From an uncultured Bacilli bacterium (GTDB taxonomy: Bacteria > Bacillota_I > Bacilli_A > RF39 > UBA660), in contig CANQZD010000001.1 in the NCBI GenBank assembly GCA_947628275.1, positions 16,401-80,400 of the forward strand: 64,000 nucleotides of DNA, in the 5' to 3' direction. The translations under genes were made by a program, and so were the position numbers. How positions within the stretch are numbered: position 1 is the first letter of the stretch; every line of letters begins with the position of its first letter. Shown here in pieces: positions 19,655 through 28,974 of the stretch. The notes under the pieces are model-generated. The model had not been told where the DNA came from, searched no databases, and worked only from the letters and a program-made list of their open reading frames with translations.

Positions 19655-20437
19655 ATGGCAAGATATAAAGTAGAAATTACAGGAGTTGATACTAATAAAT
19701 TAAAAGTATTATCAGCAAAAGAACAGTTAGAATTATTTAATAAATATAAAAAAAATAATGATCAAGAAGCTAAACAAAAATTAATTGAAGGGAATTTAAA
19801 GTTAGTTTTAAGTGTTTTAAAAAAATTTAATTATCAAAATGTTAATTTAGATGATTTATTTCAAATTGGGGTTATTGGTTTAATAAAAGCTATTGAGAAT
19901 TTTGATTTGTCATATAATTTGAAATTAAGTACTTATGCGATTCCTTTGATTAGTGGAGAAGTAAAAAGATATTTAAGAGATAATCAATCTTCTCTTAGAG
20001 TTAGTAGAACAATTAGGGATTTATCCTATCTTATTTTGAAATATAAAGAAGAATATCTTCAAAAAAAGGGATATGAACCAACGACAAAAGAAATAGCTGA
20101 AAATTTAAATTTAAGTGAATTTCAGATTAGTCAAGCCCTAGATTCTTTAAAAGAACCAGTTAGTATTTTTGAACCAATGTATAATGATGGGGGAGATACT
20201 ATTTATGTATTAGATCAAATTGCTGATAAAAAAGAAAATGCTAATGATAAAGATTTATATTTATCTTTGAAAAAAGCTTTATTAAAATTAAAAAAACGGG
20301 AGCAAGAAATTCTTTTATCCCGTTATATTGTTGGTAAGACTCAAGTAGAATTAGCAAAAGTTTATAATATTAGTCAAGCTCAAGTATCAAGAATTGAAAA
20401 ATCAGCAATTAATAATATGAGACGGTTGTTAAAATAA
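19655..20437 (+). CDS. sigG: Sporulation sigma factor SigG (forespore)
   Basis: 'KVEITGVDTNKL', 'DLFQIGVIGLIKAIENFDLS' and 'VSIFEPMYNDGGDTIYVLDQIAD' match the SigG-specific regions. Start taken at MARYK. Confidence 0.8.
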   Translation: MARYKVEITGVDTNKLKVLSAKEQLELFNKYKKNNDQEAKQKLIEGNLKLVLSVLKKFNYQNVNLDDLFQIGVIGLIKAIENFDLSYNLKLSTYAIPLISGEVKRYLRDNQSSLRVSRTIRDLSYLILKYKEEYLQKKGYEPTTKEIAENLNLSEFQISQALDSLKEPVSIFEPMYNDGGDTIYVLDQIADKKENANDKDLYLSLKKALLKLKKREQEILLSRYIVGKTQVELAKVYNISQAQVSRIEKSAINNMRRLLK

Positions 20438-20440
20438 AAA

Positions 20441-20458
20441 AACTGCAGATGCAGTTTT
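20441..20458. terminator. Bidirectional rho-independent terminator between sigG and ponA
   Basis: 'AAACTGCAgatGCAGTTT' flanked by A- and T-runs. Confidence 0.6.
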
Positions 20459-23295
20459 TAGTCTAAGGCACTTGAAGAACCACAATTATCTTTAATATTA
20501 ACGGTTCCTTTGGCTGAAGTTTGTTCGCCATTATAAGTTATTGAATAGGTAACAGATACGCTTTGTTCTTTAGAAGTGTCAATGTCGTTAAATACTATAG
20601 TAGAACTATTTGTAACGTTTTGACCATTGTAAGTTACGGTAACAGCTTCTTTAGGATTAATAACAGAACCTTTTTTGACACATATTGTTCGAGCTGTAGC
20701 TACTAAACCATCATTAGTAGGTTCTTCGCTTCCGGAAACAGAAACTGAAGCTTTAGCTGATATACCTTTACTTTGATTGCCTTTATAAGAACTATAAGAA
20801 CTTTTTACAACAAATTCGTAATTACCACTTTTACTTGGTTCATATGTATACGTTGTTTTATCAGTCCAGCCTAAATCTTTTAAGCTGCCACCTTCTTCTT
20901 TGACATATACTTGATATCCTAAAGTTCCTAAATTATTATTACTATTATATAAACTCATATAACGATTATAGAAGTTTTTGAAACTATTTGGATAATTTTT
21001 AGCAAAGCTTTTAAAATATTCATTAAATTCTTTAGAAATATTATCAGAAGGAGCACTTATACCATTCCAACTAATGGTAATTTCTTCATTATGAACACTG
21101 GTTCTTAAATCAGAAGGGTCATTTAAAGTATTATATTTTGTTGAAACTTCACTTGGTTCAGTACCAGATTTAAAGGTTGCAGATATTTTCATATTAGCTG
21201 GAGTATTTGCACTGGCAAGTTTAGGTGGTAGGGTTTGAGATTCAATTGTAACAGTAGTAAGACCACTTGGTTTTGGAAAAGGATCGCCAGTGGTAAAAAT
21301 ATTGTTTGATAAGTAGGCACCTAATTGATTTCTTGGAACACTACTCATACCCATTGTGAAGTAATGACTACTATCCATATCTACTTGATCGTAACCAAGC
21401 CACGTGGAAATAGAATAATCAGGATTATAGGAATTTATCCATTGATCTGGAGTGGCATCTGATGGAATACCTTTACGAGCAGCGTCTTCTTCAGATATAT
21501 TTGAAGTACCAGTTTTAGAACCGATTCTGTTTCGTAAATTGTAATTAATATTTCCGCCAACTCCTGTTGAGGTTGCATAAACTAAGATATCGTTAATTAG
21601 ATAAGCTGTTTCTTCTGACATAACCCGTTTCTTTTCGTATTTCCAATTAATGACTTCTTCTGTTTGTAAATTTTTAACTTCTGTAAATGAATATGGTTCA
21701 ATGTAATAACCACCTCGACCAAATGTAGCATAGGCAGCAGAAGCTTGAAGAGGAGACCAACCATATGGAAGACCACCAACAGAGTAAGCTTCATTTAAAC
21801 TGTCGCCATAATCAATACCTAAATTATGAACAAATTCAGCAATTTTTTCAGGTTCAACCATGTGGAATGCTTCTAGTGCTGGAATATTTCTTGAAGCAGC
21901 TAGGGCTTGTTTTACAGTTGTCGCACCGGTATAACCGAAATCCCAGTTATTCATGGTAGTACCATTATTATAGGTATATGGATAATCAAGCATTAATTGT
22001 TGAGGTGAAACATTATTGTATTCAATTAAAGGTCCGTAATCAAAGATTGGCTTAGCAGTAGAACCTGGTTGTCTAGGAGTAGTTGAACGATCGGTTCCTT
22101 TAGCAACGTAATATCTTCCTGGACCAAGAGCTGTTATTGAACCATCTTTTGTTGAAGTAATAGCAACACCAACTTGAACTTTATCGTCTTTAAATTGCCA
22201 AGCGGCTCCATTTTGTAAATTATTAACAATATCTTGTTTTTTTAAGTCAAAAGTTGTTTTAACAGAGTAGCCACCTTCATCAATATTAATATTTAATTTT
22301 TCTTTAATATCATTTATAACAAAGTCAATTAAATTTTGATAAGGACTTTTAGCGTTTTGTTTATCAATGTCACTGCGTAGTAAAGATTCTACTGGAATAC
22401 TTTCGGCATCTTCTTTTTCTTGTTCAGTAATGTAACCATGTCTTACCATTAAGCTTAAAACAGTACTTCTTCTTTCGGTAGCATTTTCTGGATAGATATA
22501 CGGATTAAATAATGTTGGGTTATTGTACATTCCTACGATAATTGCAGCTTCTCCTAAAGTTATATCAGAAACACTTTTACCAAAATAATATTGACAAGCT
22601 TGTTCAACGCCATTAATACTTTCATAGTTGATACCACCACTAGCAAGCCACATTGAATTAAAGTAAAATTCAATAATTTGTTGTTTAGTATAGGTTTTTT
22701 CAATTTTAAAGATTGACATATAAATATCAGTAAATTTTCTTATAATACCTTCAATACCTGTAGCTGTACTAGAAGTAAAGTTTTGTTTAACTAATTGCAT
22801 GGTTATTGTAGATGCTCCACCAGCATCAGAGTTACCAGCTGCTTGACCAAGACTAGCTTTTAAGAAACGTCCTGCATCAAAACCATTATGTTGAAAAAAT
22901 CTTGAATCTTCGGTAGCAACTAGGGCATCGACTAAAACTTGAGGAAAATCTTCATAATTTTTTAAAACACGGTTTTCAGTACCAAGTCTCGTTATTAAAG
23001 TTCCATTTACATCGTAAATAACACTTGATTCTTTATTGTATAATTTTTCAACTGTAAATTCTGGAGCAGTAAAAACAATATATAAACCAAAAGCTAATAT
23101 TGTTGTTGCAACAGCAATGCCTAAGGCCATGATAATGATTAAAAAAGTATGGGTTGCTTGGCCTTTTTTCTTGGGCTTCTTTTTTCTTTTCGGTTCTTTT
23201 TTAATTTTTTCTTCTTTTTCTTTTGTCTTTTTTTCTTCTTCTAAAGCTTCTTTAATCTTTTTAGGATTTTTTAGTTTTAATTTTTTCTTTTCCAT
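20458..23295 (-). CDS. ponA: Class A penicillin-binding protein 1A (transglycosylase + transpeptidase) with a long C-terminal extension
   Basis: The GT51 motif 'EDSRFFQHNGFD'; transpeptidase motifs 'STAKP', 'SRN' and 'KTGT'; and the 'AAGGAGA' RBS 7 nt before ATG 23295. Confidence 0.85.
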   Translation of the reverse strand: MEKKKLKLKNPKKIKEALEEEKKTKEKEEKIKKEPKRKKKPKKKGQATHTFLIIIMALGIAVATTILAFGLYIVFTAPEFTVEKLYNKESSVIYDVNGTLITRLGTENRVLKNYEDFPQVLVDALVATEDSRFFQHNGFDAGRFLKASLGQAAGNSDAGGASTITMQLVKQNFTSSTATGIEGIIRKFTDIYMSIFKIEKTYTKQQIIEFYFNSMWLASGGINYESINGVEQACQYYFGKSVSDITLGEAAIIVGMYNNPTLFNPYIYPENATERRSTVLSLMVRHGYITEQEKEDAESIPVESLLRSDIDKQNAKSPYQNLIDFVINDIKEKLNINIDEGGYSVKTTFDLKKQDIVNNLQNGAAWQFKDDKVQVGVAITSTKDGSITALGPGRYYVAKGTDRSTTPRQPGSTAKPIFDYGPLIEYNNVSPQQLMLDYPYTYNNGTTMNNWDFGYTGATTVKQALAASRNIPALEAFHMVEPEKIAEFVHNLGIDYGDSLNEAYSVGGLPYGWSPLQASAAYATFGRGGYYIEPYSFTEVKNLQTEEVINWKYEKKRVMSEETAYLINDILVYATSTGVGGNINYNLRNRIGSKTGTSNISEEDAARKGIPSDATPDQWINSYNPDYSISTWLGYDQVDMDSSHYFTMGMSSVPRNQLGAYLSNNIFTTGDPFPKPSGLTTVTIESQTLPPKLASANTPANMKISATFKSGTEPSEVSTKYNTLNDPSDLRTSVHNEEITISWNGISAPSDNISKEFNEYFKSFAKNYPNSFKNFYNRYMSLYNSNNNLGTLGYQVYVKEEGGSLKDLGWTDKTTYTYEPSKSGNYEFVVKSSYSSYKGNQSKGISAKASVSVSGSEEPTNDGLVATARTICVKKGSVINPKEAVTVTYNGQNVTNSSTIVFNDIDTSKEQSVSVTYSITYNGEQTSAKGTVNIKDNCGSSSALD

Positions 23296-23857
23296 AAGCA
23301 CTCTCCTTAAAATAAATTTTATCGACAGCATCTAAGTAATTTAGAGCTGGTCTAATTTGTTCTTTAATAACAGTGGCTGTTTTTTCTAAATATTCATAAG
23401 GAATACTTTTCCTCTTTTCGGTATCAATAAAAGTAATTAAGTCATCACCTTTTAATAAAAAAACGAAACTATTCATTTTAATTAATAAAAATACGATACC
23501 ACCATGTTCTAAGACTTTTCTGATATGTCTAATTTGATGTTCATGAATATTTGCAAGAGGAAATGAAGTTTTCTTCATGGTTTCTTTAGCTTCAAATTCG
23601 ATATAACAACCTCGATAAAGGCCATTATAGTCTAATGTTGATTGGCTAAGAAAATATCCTTCATCAATTCTTCTGCCATGTGATGTGTAACTAGCTTTAC
23701 TAATTCCAATAGGAGTTGGTTTTTTATAAATTAATGCTCGATTAATTTCTAAATAGTAATCATTTGAATCGTTTATACAATCTTCTAAATCCATTCCTCG
23801 ATTAGCATAGTTAATTATTTTAGGGTTGTTTTTTTGGATATGATTGGGATATTGCAT
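23261..23857 (-). CDS. recU: Holliday junction resolvase RecU
   Basis: 'NRGMDLEDCIN...YYLEINRALIYKKPTP...YNGLYRGCYIEFEAKET' is near-colinear with Bacillus RecU. It overlaps the ponA start, as in Bacillus. Confidence 0.85.
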   Translation of the reverse strand: MQYPNHIQKNNPKIINYANRGMDLEDCINDSNDYYLEINRALIYKKPTPIGISKASYTSHGRRIDEGYFLSQSTLDYNGLYRGCYIEFEAKETMKKTSFPLANIHEHQIRHIRKVLEHGGIVFLLIKMNSFVFLLKGDDLITFIDTEKRKSIPYEYLEKTATVIKEQIRPALNYLDAVDKIYFKESAYGKEKIKTKKS

Positions 23858-24023
23858 GAAAACTCCTCCATTAACATTATACTATTTATGAAGGAAAGTT
23901 GTAAAAGAAAAAGTAACCTCATATGTCAATTGACAGTCTAAAAAATAAAGAAAGTTTTGTCGAATGGAAAGCAATATTACTAAAAGTTTATTAAAATAGG
24001 TTAAGAATAAAGAGGTGGAACAA

Positions 24024-24134
24024 ATGGCATATGAGGTAATTTTTAATGATATGATTGATTCTTTGACGATGGCGGAGTTACAGCTTTATGAATATAATAT
24101 AAATAATGAAAAAAGCCAAAGAAGAACTAATTGA
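24024..24134 (+). CDS. Possible 36-aa small protein
   Basis: The 'AAGAGGTGG' RBS lies 6 nt before the ATG. There is no homology signal. Confidence 0.2.
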   Translation: MAYEVIFNDMIDSLTMAELQLYEYNINNEKSQRRTN

Positions 24135-24184
24135 CAAAATAGGTCTTTTTTTGATATATTTTTAATGACGAGGATGTGATTTTT

Positions 24185-24505
24185 GTGATTAGCGAAAGAA
24201 TTATTTTAAGTCCTGAAGATATTTATGAAAAAGAGTTTAAAATTGATGCTCGTGGTTATCGTCCTCAAGAAGTTGATAAATTATTAGATGATGTTATTAA
24301 AGATTATGGGGAATTTATCAAAATAATTCATGCTTATGAAAAAGAGTATCAAAGTTTGAATAAAGAAAATAAGGAATTAAAAGCTGAAATTCGTCATTTG
24401 AAAGATCAAATTGCCGAAGATAATGCTGGAACTAAACCAGTTAATAACGTTGATATTTTAAGACGTCTTAGTCAACTAGAAAAATATGTATATGGTAAAG
24501 AATAA
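24185..24505 (+). CDS. gpsB: Cell-cycle protein GpsB (DivIVA-domain)
   Basis: 'EKEFKIDARGYRPQEVDKLLDDVIKDY' and the C-terminal 'ILRRLSQLEKYVYG' match GpsB. The start is probably GTG 24185, 10 nt after a 'GAGGA' RBS. The gene is preceded by a TTGACA-18-(TG)TATATT promoter at 24131-24160. Confidence 0.8.
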   Translation: MISERIILSPEDIYEKEFKIDARGYRPQEVDKLLDDVIKDYGEFIKIIHAYEKEYQSLNKENKELKAEIRHLKDQIAEDNAGTKPVNNVDILRRLSQLEKYVYGKE

Positions 24506-24838
24506 TAACTGGACAAATGCGGTATGAATTCATGCTGAGGAAAGTCCTTGCTCGCACAGCCTGAGATGGTTGTAGTGTTTGTGCATAGGGAAAAAATAAC
24601 CTATGGTCGAGAAATCGAACGGCTTTGAAAGAACCTTAAATGGTTTTAGTAAATATAAAAGTGCCAAAGTGACGAAGAAAAGGGAAACCTTGGAAGTGGA
24701 ACGTGGTAAACCCCGCAAGCGAGAAACCCAAATAATGGTAGGGGAGCTGTTACTAGGAATTAAACGAGGTAACGGACCAGTAATGGTAGATAAATATTTG
24801 TCGCGTTTTTAAACGTACAGAACAAGGCTTATAAGTTA
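24505..24838 (+). ncRNA. rnpB: RNase P RNA, type B (rnpB)
   Basis: The conserved blocks are 'GAGGAAAGTCCTTGCTCGCACAG', 'AAAGTGCCAAAGTGACG', 'GGGAAACCTTGGAAGTGGAACGTGGTAAACCCCGCAAGCGAGAAACCCAAATAATGGTAGGGG' and 'ACAGAACAAGGCTTATAAG'. The P1 ends are complementary (ATAACT/AGTTAT). Synteny is gpsB-rnpB, as in Bacillus. Confidence 0.93.
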
Positions 24839-24868
24839 TTATTTTTTGATTTTGAAGGAGTGAGTTAT

Positions 24869-25300
24869 TTGTTTTCAATTGGTAAAACATTTAAAGATGC
24901 CCGGGAGAAAAGTGGAGTTTCTATTGAAGAAGCATCTCATGACTTAAATATAAAAAGTGTGATATTAGAAAATATTGAGGCAGGAAGTATTGGAGGCTTT
25001 AAAGATATTTTTGAACTTAAAGATTGGATAAGTTCTTATGCTAAATATTTGGGTTTAAATGAAACTAAAATGATTGATGAATTTAATGAATATATGTTTG
25101 AATATACATCAAAGATTCCTCTAAAGGAAATAGAAAAAAAAGTCATGGAACAAAATAAAGAAAAACAAGAAGAAAAAGTAGTTTCACCTTATACTAATCC
25201 AACAATAAAAAGTTCTAAAAAAGGGTATATTTTAATTTATATTGGTTTAATAATTGCGGTAGTATTAATTATTTTTTGGAGTGCAAGTCAGGTTGCTTAG
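24869..25300 (+). CDS. rodZ: RodZ-like membrane protein with an N-terminal XRE-type HTH (YmfM-like)
   Basis: An HTH 'FKDAREKSGVSIEEASHDLNIKSVILENIE' and a C-terminal TM segment. The probable start is TTG 24869, 8 nt after 'AAGGAG'. Synteny is rodZ-pgsA-recA. Confidence 0.6.
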   Translation: MFSIGKTFKDAREKSGVSIEEASHDLNIKSVILENIEAGSIGGFKDIFELKDWISSYAKYLGLNETKMIDEFNEYMFEYTSKIPLKEIEKKVMEQNKEKQEEKVVSPYTNPTIKSSKKGYILIYIGLIIAVVLIIFWSASQVA

Positions 25301-25308
25301 GAGGTATC

Positions 25309-25896
25309 ATGAATTTAGCAAATCGTTTAACTATAAGTCGAATTGTAATGGCTTTTTTTATAATTGTTTTTCTTTTAATTCCTTGGAATGATTTTAATAT
25401 TTCTTTTCCTACTTTTTTAGCAGGTGGGAAAGTTTTAGTTGATGTTAGATATATAATTGTAGGAATAATTTTTATTATTGCTTCGATTACTGATTATTTT
25501 GATGGTAGAATTGCGCGAGCTAATAATATGGTTACTGATTTTGGAGCTTGTTTAGATGCTATTGCTGATAAAGTATTAGTAAATGGTTTATTAATTATTT
25601 TGGCTTATCAGGGTTTTATTAGTGAAGTAATACCAGTAATTATTATTACAAGAGATATAATAGTTGATGCTTTAAAAACTTTAAGTGCAAGTCAAGGGGT
25701 TGTTGTTAAAGCTAATATTTGGGGAAAGGTAAAAACTATTTTTATGATGTTAGGTTTAACATTAGTATTATTTTATAATATGCCTTTTGAATTATGGAAT
25801 ATTAAGTTAGATTATATTTTAGTATATTTAGCAACTATTTTATCGGTAGTTTCAGCAATGGTGTATTATTTTGATATCATGAAAAAGAAAAAATAA
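25309..25896 (+). CDS. pgsA: CDP-diacylglycerol--glycerol-3-phosphate 3-phosphatidyltransferase
   Basis: 'NRLTISRIVMAFFII' and 'DYFDGRIAR...DAIADKVLV' form the CDP-alcohol phosphatidyltransferase motif D-G-x2-A-R...D-x3-D. The 'TAGGAGGT' RBS precedes ATG 25309. Confidence 0.85.
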   Translation: MNLANRLTISRIVMAFFIIVFLLIPWNDFNISFPTFLAGGKVLVDVRYIIVGIIFIIASITDYFDGRIARANNMVTDFGACLDAIADKVLVNGLLIILAYQGFISEVIPVIIITRDIIVDALKTLSASQGVVVKANIWGKVKTIFMMLGLTLVLFYNMPFELWNIKLDYILVYLATILSVVSAMVYYFDIMKKKK

Positions 25897-26012
25897 TTCT
25901 TTTTTTTTTGAAAAAATATTCATATTTTGTCGAAGTTGTTTACTTTAAAAAAGTTTAGAATATAATAGTTGGTGCTTTTAGAAAAAGAAATTTTAGAAAT
26001 AATTTATTATTA

Positions 26013-26062
26013 AAACAAATGTTCGTAAAATTGTTGACAAATGATTAATTCTAAGATAAAAT
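26013..26062 (+). promoter_or_regulatory. Cheo/LexA-like box (AAAC-AAAT-GTTC) overlapping the recA sigma-A promoter (TTGACA-17-TAAAAT)
   Basis: The box at 26013-26024 differs from GAAC-N4-GTTC at one position. The -35 is at 26034-26039 and the -10 at 26057-26062. Confidence 0.5.
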
Positions 26063-26088
26063 TATTTTGTTAGAAAGATGAGGAAGTT

Positions 26089-27129
26089 ATGAAAGCAATA
26101 AAAGATACTAAAGATAAAGATAAAGCTTTGGAACAAGTTTTAGCTGATATTGAAAAACAATTTGGTAAAGGGGCAATTATGAAATTGGGCGGTAATGAGC
26201 ATATGGAAATTGATGTTACCTCATCAGGTTCTTTAGCTCTTGATATAGCTTTAGGCGTTGGAGGTTATCCTAAAGGCCGAATTATTGAAATTTATGGTCC
26301 AGAATCTTCAGGAAAAACTACTTTTGCACTTCAAGCTATTGCTGAGGTTCAAAAAGAAGGCGGAAGAGCAGCTTTTATTGATGCTGAACATGCTTTAGAT
26401 CCTGTGTATGCTAAGAATTTAGGAGTTAATATTAATGAATTATTATTAAGTCAACCTGATACGGGAGAACAAGCTTTGGAAATATGTGAAGCTCTAGTTC
26501 GGAGTGAAGCTGTAAATATTATTGTTATTGATTCAGTTGCCGCTTTAGTACCTCAAGCTGAAATAGATGGTGATATGGGTGATGCTCATGTTGGACTTCA
26601 AGCTAGATTAATGAGTCAAGCTTTAAGAAAGTTATCGGGAACAATTAATAAAACTAAGACAACAGCTATTTTTATTAATCAGTTAAGAGAAAAAGTGGGT
26701 ATAATGTTTGGTAATCCTGAGACTACTCCTGGTGGAAGAGCCTTGAAGTTTTATTCAACAATTAGGTTAGATGTTAGAAGAGGCGAACAAATAAAAGGTG
26801 CTGATTCAGTTATTGGAAATAAGACTAATATTAAAGTTGTTAAAAATAAAGTCGCTCCACCATTTAAAAGTGCCTGTGTAGATATAATGTATGGTGAAGG
26901 GGTAAGTAGAGAAGGCGAGATTGTTGATATTGCTAGTGATTTAGATATTATTGATAAATCAGGAGCTTGGTATGCCTATAATGGAGAAAAAATTGGTCAA
27001 GGTAAAGAAAATGTTAAAAATTTACTTAAGGAAAATAAAGCTTTAAAAATTGAATTAGAAAATAAAATAAGAGAACATTATGGTTTTAAACTTATTAGTG
27101 TAGATAAAGAAGATGAAAAAGATTCTTAA
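26089..27129 (+). CDS. recA: Recombinase RecA
   Basis: 'GPESSGKTT' Walker A and '[14 protein letters not shown]' are canonical RecA sequences. Confidence 0.95.
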   Translation: MKAIKDTKDKDKALEQVLADIEKQFGKGAIMKLGGNEHMEIDVTSSGSLALDIALGVGGYPKGRIIEIYGPESSGKTTFALQAIAEVQKEGGRAAFIDAEHALDPVYAKNLGVNINELLLSQPDTGEQALEICEALVRSEAVNIIVIDSVAALVPQAEIDGDMGDAHVGLQARLMSQALRKLSGTINKTKTTAIFINQLREKVGIMFGNPETTPGGRALKFYSTIRLDVRRGEQIKGADSVIGNKTNIKVVKNKVAPPFKSACVDIMYGEGVSREGEIVDIASDLDIIDKSGAWYAYNGEKIGQGKENVKNLLKENKALKIELENKIREHYGFKLISVDKEDEKDS

Positions 27130-27140
27130 TAAATTAGGAC

Positions 27141-27169
27141 TTGACATTCATAGAATTATAGTATAGAAT
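27141..27169 (+). promoter_or_regulatory. Sigma-A promoter TTGACA-17-TAGAAT for the infC-rpmI-rplT operon
   Basis: Direct reading shows perfect spacing. Confidence 0.5.
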
Positions 27170-27330
27170 TTTAGTTGTTATGAAAAAGGAAAGAAATGGA
27201 TCCACATTCACCTGAGTGATTACTTACTAGGTTAAAGGCTTTTTTTGAAGATATTGAGGTTATATTTTCGTTATTAAAGTTAGGTGGATACATGGTATCT
27301 GCCTTTTATCATGTATGGAGGTGCATTTAT

Positions 27331-27855
27331 ATAGCAAGTAAAAAAGATGAATTACTAATTAATGATGCAATTAATGTTGAGGAATTAATGGTAATTGGCC
27401 CGAATGGTGAACAAATGGGTATCAAAAGCAGAGAAGATGCTTTAACGGTTGCTTCTTTTGCAGGATTAGATTTGGTTTTAATGAGTGGTACGGCAACTCC
27501 TGCGGTTGCTAAGATTATGGATTATAATAAATACCGTTATGAAAAACAAAAAAAGCAAAAAGAAGCGTTGAAAAAACAACGAGAAACTAATAAAGATTTA
27601 AAGGAATATCGATTAAGTCCTGATATTGATATTCACGACTTTGAAACAAGAGTTAAGAATGCGCGAGAATATTTAATTAAAGGACATAAAGTAAAAGGTT
27701 TTATTCGCTTTAAAGGAAGACAAATGGCTCATCCTGAAAGAGGTAGAGAAGTATTAAATCGTTTTGCTGAAAAATTAAATGATATTTCAAGTATTGAAAC
27801 CCAAGTTAAACAAGACGGGAGAATCATGACAATTATTCTTGCACCTAATAAATAA
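27331..27855 (+). CDS. infC: Translation initiation factor IF-3, probably with a non-AUG (AUA) start
   Basis: 'ASKKDELLINDAINVEELMVIGPNGEQMGIKS' aligns with the IF3 N-terminus. A 'GGAGG' RBS lies 9 nt before ATA 27331. The track ORF adds a spurious 13-aa extension. Confidence 0.8.
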   Translation: MASKKDELLINDAINVEELMVIGPNGEQMGIKSREDALTVASFAGLDLVLMSGTATPAVAKIMDYNKYRYEKQKKQKEALKKQRETNKDLKEYRLSPDIDIHDFETRVKNAREYLIKGHKVKGFIRFKGRQMAHPERGREVLNRFAEKLNDISSIETQVKQDGRIMTIILAPNK

Positions 27856-27877
27856 TTTTTAGAAAGAAGGATGTATT

Positions 27878-28075
27878 ATGGCTAAAGGCCCAAAAATGAA
27901 AACACATAAGGCAAGTAGTAAAGTTTTCAAAAAGAAAAAAAATGGCGATTTAGTTTATAAAGTTAGTGGTGGAAATCATAAAACTAGCAAAGATAGTGCA
28001 AAACAAGTTCGTCAAAGAAGAAATAAAGGAACATTAAGTAAAGGAGAAGCTAGCAGAATTAAATCTGTTATCTAG
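27878..28075 (+). CDS. rpmI: 50S ribosomal protein L35
   Basis: 'MAKGPKMKTHKASSKVFKKKK' is L35-like. Confidence 0.85.
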   Translation: MAKGPKMKTHKASSKVFKKKKNGDLVYKVSGGNHKTSKDSAKQVRQRRNKGTLSKGEASRIKSVI

Positions 28076-28090
28076 AATAGGTGGTGAATT

Positions 28091-28678
28091 ATGGCAAGAG
28101 TTAAAGGTGGAAGTGTTTCAAAAACACGCCGTAGAAAAGTTTTAAAACAAGCAAAAGGATATTTTGGTTCTAAACATCGTTTATATAAGACTGCTCAAGA
28201 ACAAGTTTTCCATAGTGGAGCTTATGCATATCGTGATAGAAGACAAAAGAAGAGAGATTTTAGAAAATTATGGATTACAAGAATCAATGCAGCTTGTCGG
28301 GAAAATGATATTAGTTATTCAAAATTTATTAATGGTTTAAATATTGCTGGAGTAGCTATTAATCGTAAAATGTTAGCTGAAGTTGCTGTTGACAATAAAG
28401 AAGCATTTAGTGATTTAGTAGCTATTAGTAAAGATGCTTTAAAAAGTGGTCAAAAAGCTGTTAAACATGAACCATTAACTGGTAAAGTTGAAGTTAAAGC
28501 TTCTAAAGAAGAAAAGAAAGCTGAAACTAAGAAAGTAGAAGAAAAACCAGCTAAAAAGGAAGAAAAAGTAGATTATAGTAGTATGAATTTAGCTGATTTA
28601 AAAGCTATTGCTAAAGAAAAAGGCGTTAAAGGATATTCAACAATGAAAAAGGCTGAATTATTAGAGGCTTTAAAATAA
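28091..28678 (+). CDS. rplT: 50S ribosomal protein L20 fused to a C-terminal Lys/Glu-rich linker and a Rho_N/SAP-like domain
   Basis: Residues 1-118 form a canonical L20 ('MARVKGG...RRRKVLK..KGY'). The C-terminal '[30 protein letters not shown]' matches the Rho N-terminal/SAP helix-hairpin motif. Confidence 0.85.
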   Translation: MARVKGGSVSKTRRRKVLKQAKGYFGSKHRLYKTAQEQVFHSGAYAYRDRRQKKRDFRKLWITRINAACRENDISYSKFINGLNIAGVAINRKMLAEVAVDNKEAFSDLVAISKDALKSGQKAVKHEPLTGKVEVKASKEEKKAETKKVEEKPAKKEEKVDYSSMNLADLKAIAKEKGVKGYSTMKKAELLEALK

Positions 28679-28687
28679 ATAGATGGA

Positions 28688-28721
28688 ATGATTTAAAAGT
28701 CATTCTTTTTTACTTGCAAGC
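28688..28721 (+). terminator. Rho-independent terminator after rplT
   Basis: 'GAATGAtttaaaagTCATTC' followed by T6. Confidence 0.5.
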
Positions 28722-28764
28722 ATCATAACATTTTAGTAAAATATTGATACAAGGAGGCAATATT

Positions 28765-28974
28765 ATGTTACATGATATTTTAATGATAGTTATAGGCTTA
28801 ATTGTTGGCTTAATTATTGGTTTTTTTGGAGCTAGAACATTTATGAAAAAATATTTAAAGAAAAATCCACCAATTAATGAAAAAATGATTGAAACAATGA
28901 TGAGTAGTATGGGAAGAAAGCCTAGTCAAAAACAAGTAAGACAAGTTATGAATCAAATGAATCGCTTTATGTAG
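28765..28974 (+). CDS. UPF0154/YneF-family small membrane protein
   Basis: An N-terminal TM segment followed by '[36 protein letters not shown]', colinear with Bacillus YneF. The 'AAGGAGG' RBS precedes ATG 28765. Confidence 0.7.
   Translation: MLHDILMIVIGLIVGLIIGFFGARTFMKKYLKKNPPINEKMIETMMSSMGRKPSQKQVRQVMNQMNRFM

Noticed and set aside
17672-20437. Possibility that the sigma factor is SigF or SigK
   Set aside because: 'VSIFEPMYNDGGDTIYVLDQIAD' and the N-terminal 'KVEITGVDTNKL' match SigG-specific blocks better than the SigF 'VYENDGDPITLLDQIAD' pattern.
23036-23335. A 99-aa ORF on the + strand
   Set aside because: It is antisense to the ponA N-terminus and recU C-terminus. It is low-complexity and Phe-rich, a typical shadow ORF in AT-rich DNA.
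24530-24812. Track ORFs 24530..24718 (-) and 24603..24812 (+)
   Set aside because: They lie entirely inside the RNase P RNA gene. The conserved rnpB blocks explain the sequence, and neither ORF has an RBS.
27292-27330. N-terminal 'MVSAFYHVWRCIY' extension of infC
   Set aside because: It has no RBS and is not conserved in IF3. A GGAGG is correctly spaced before the AUA codon.
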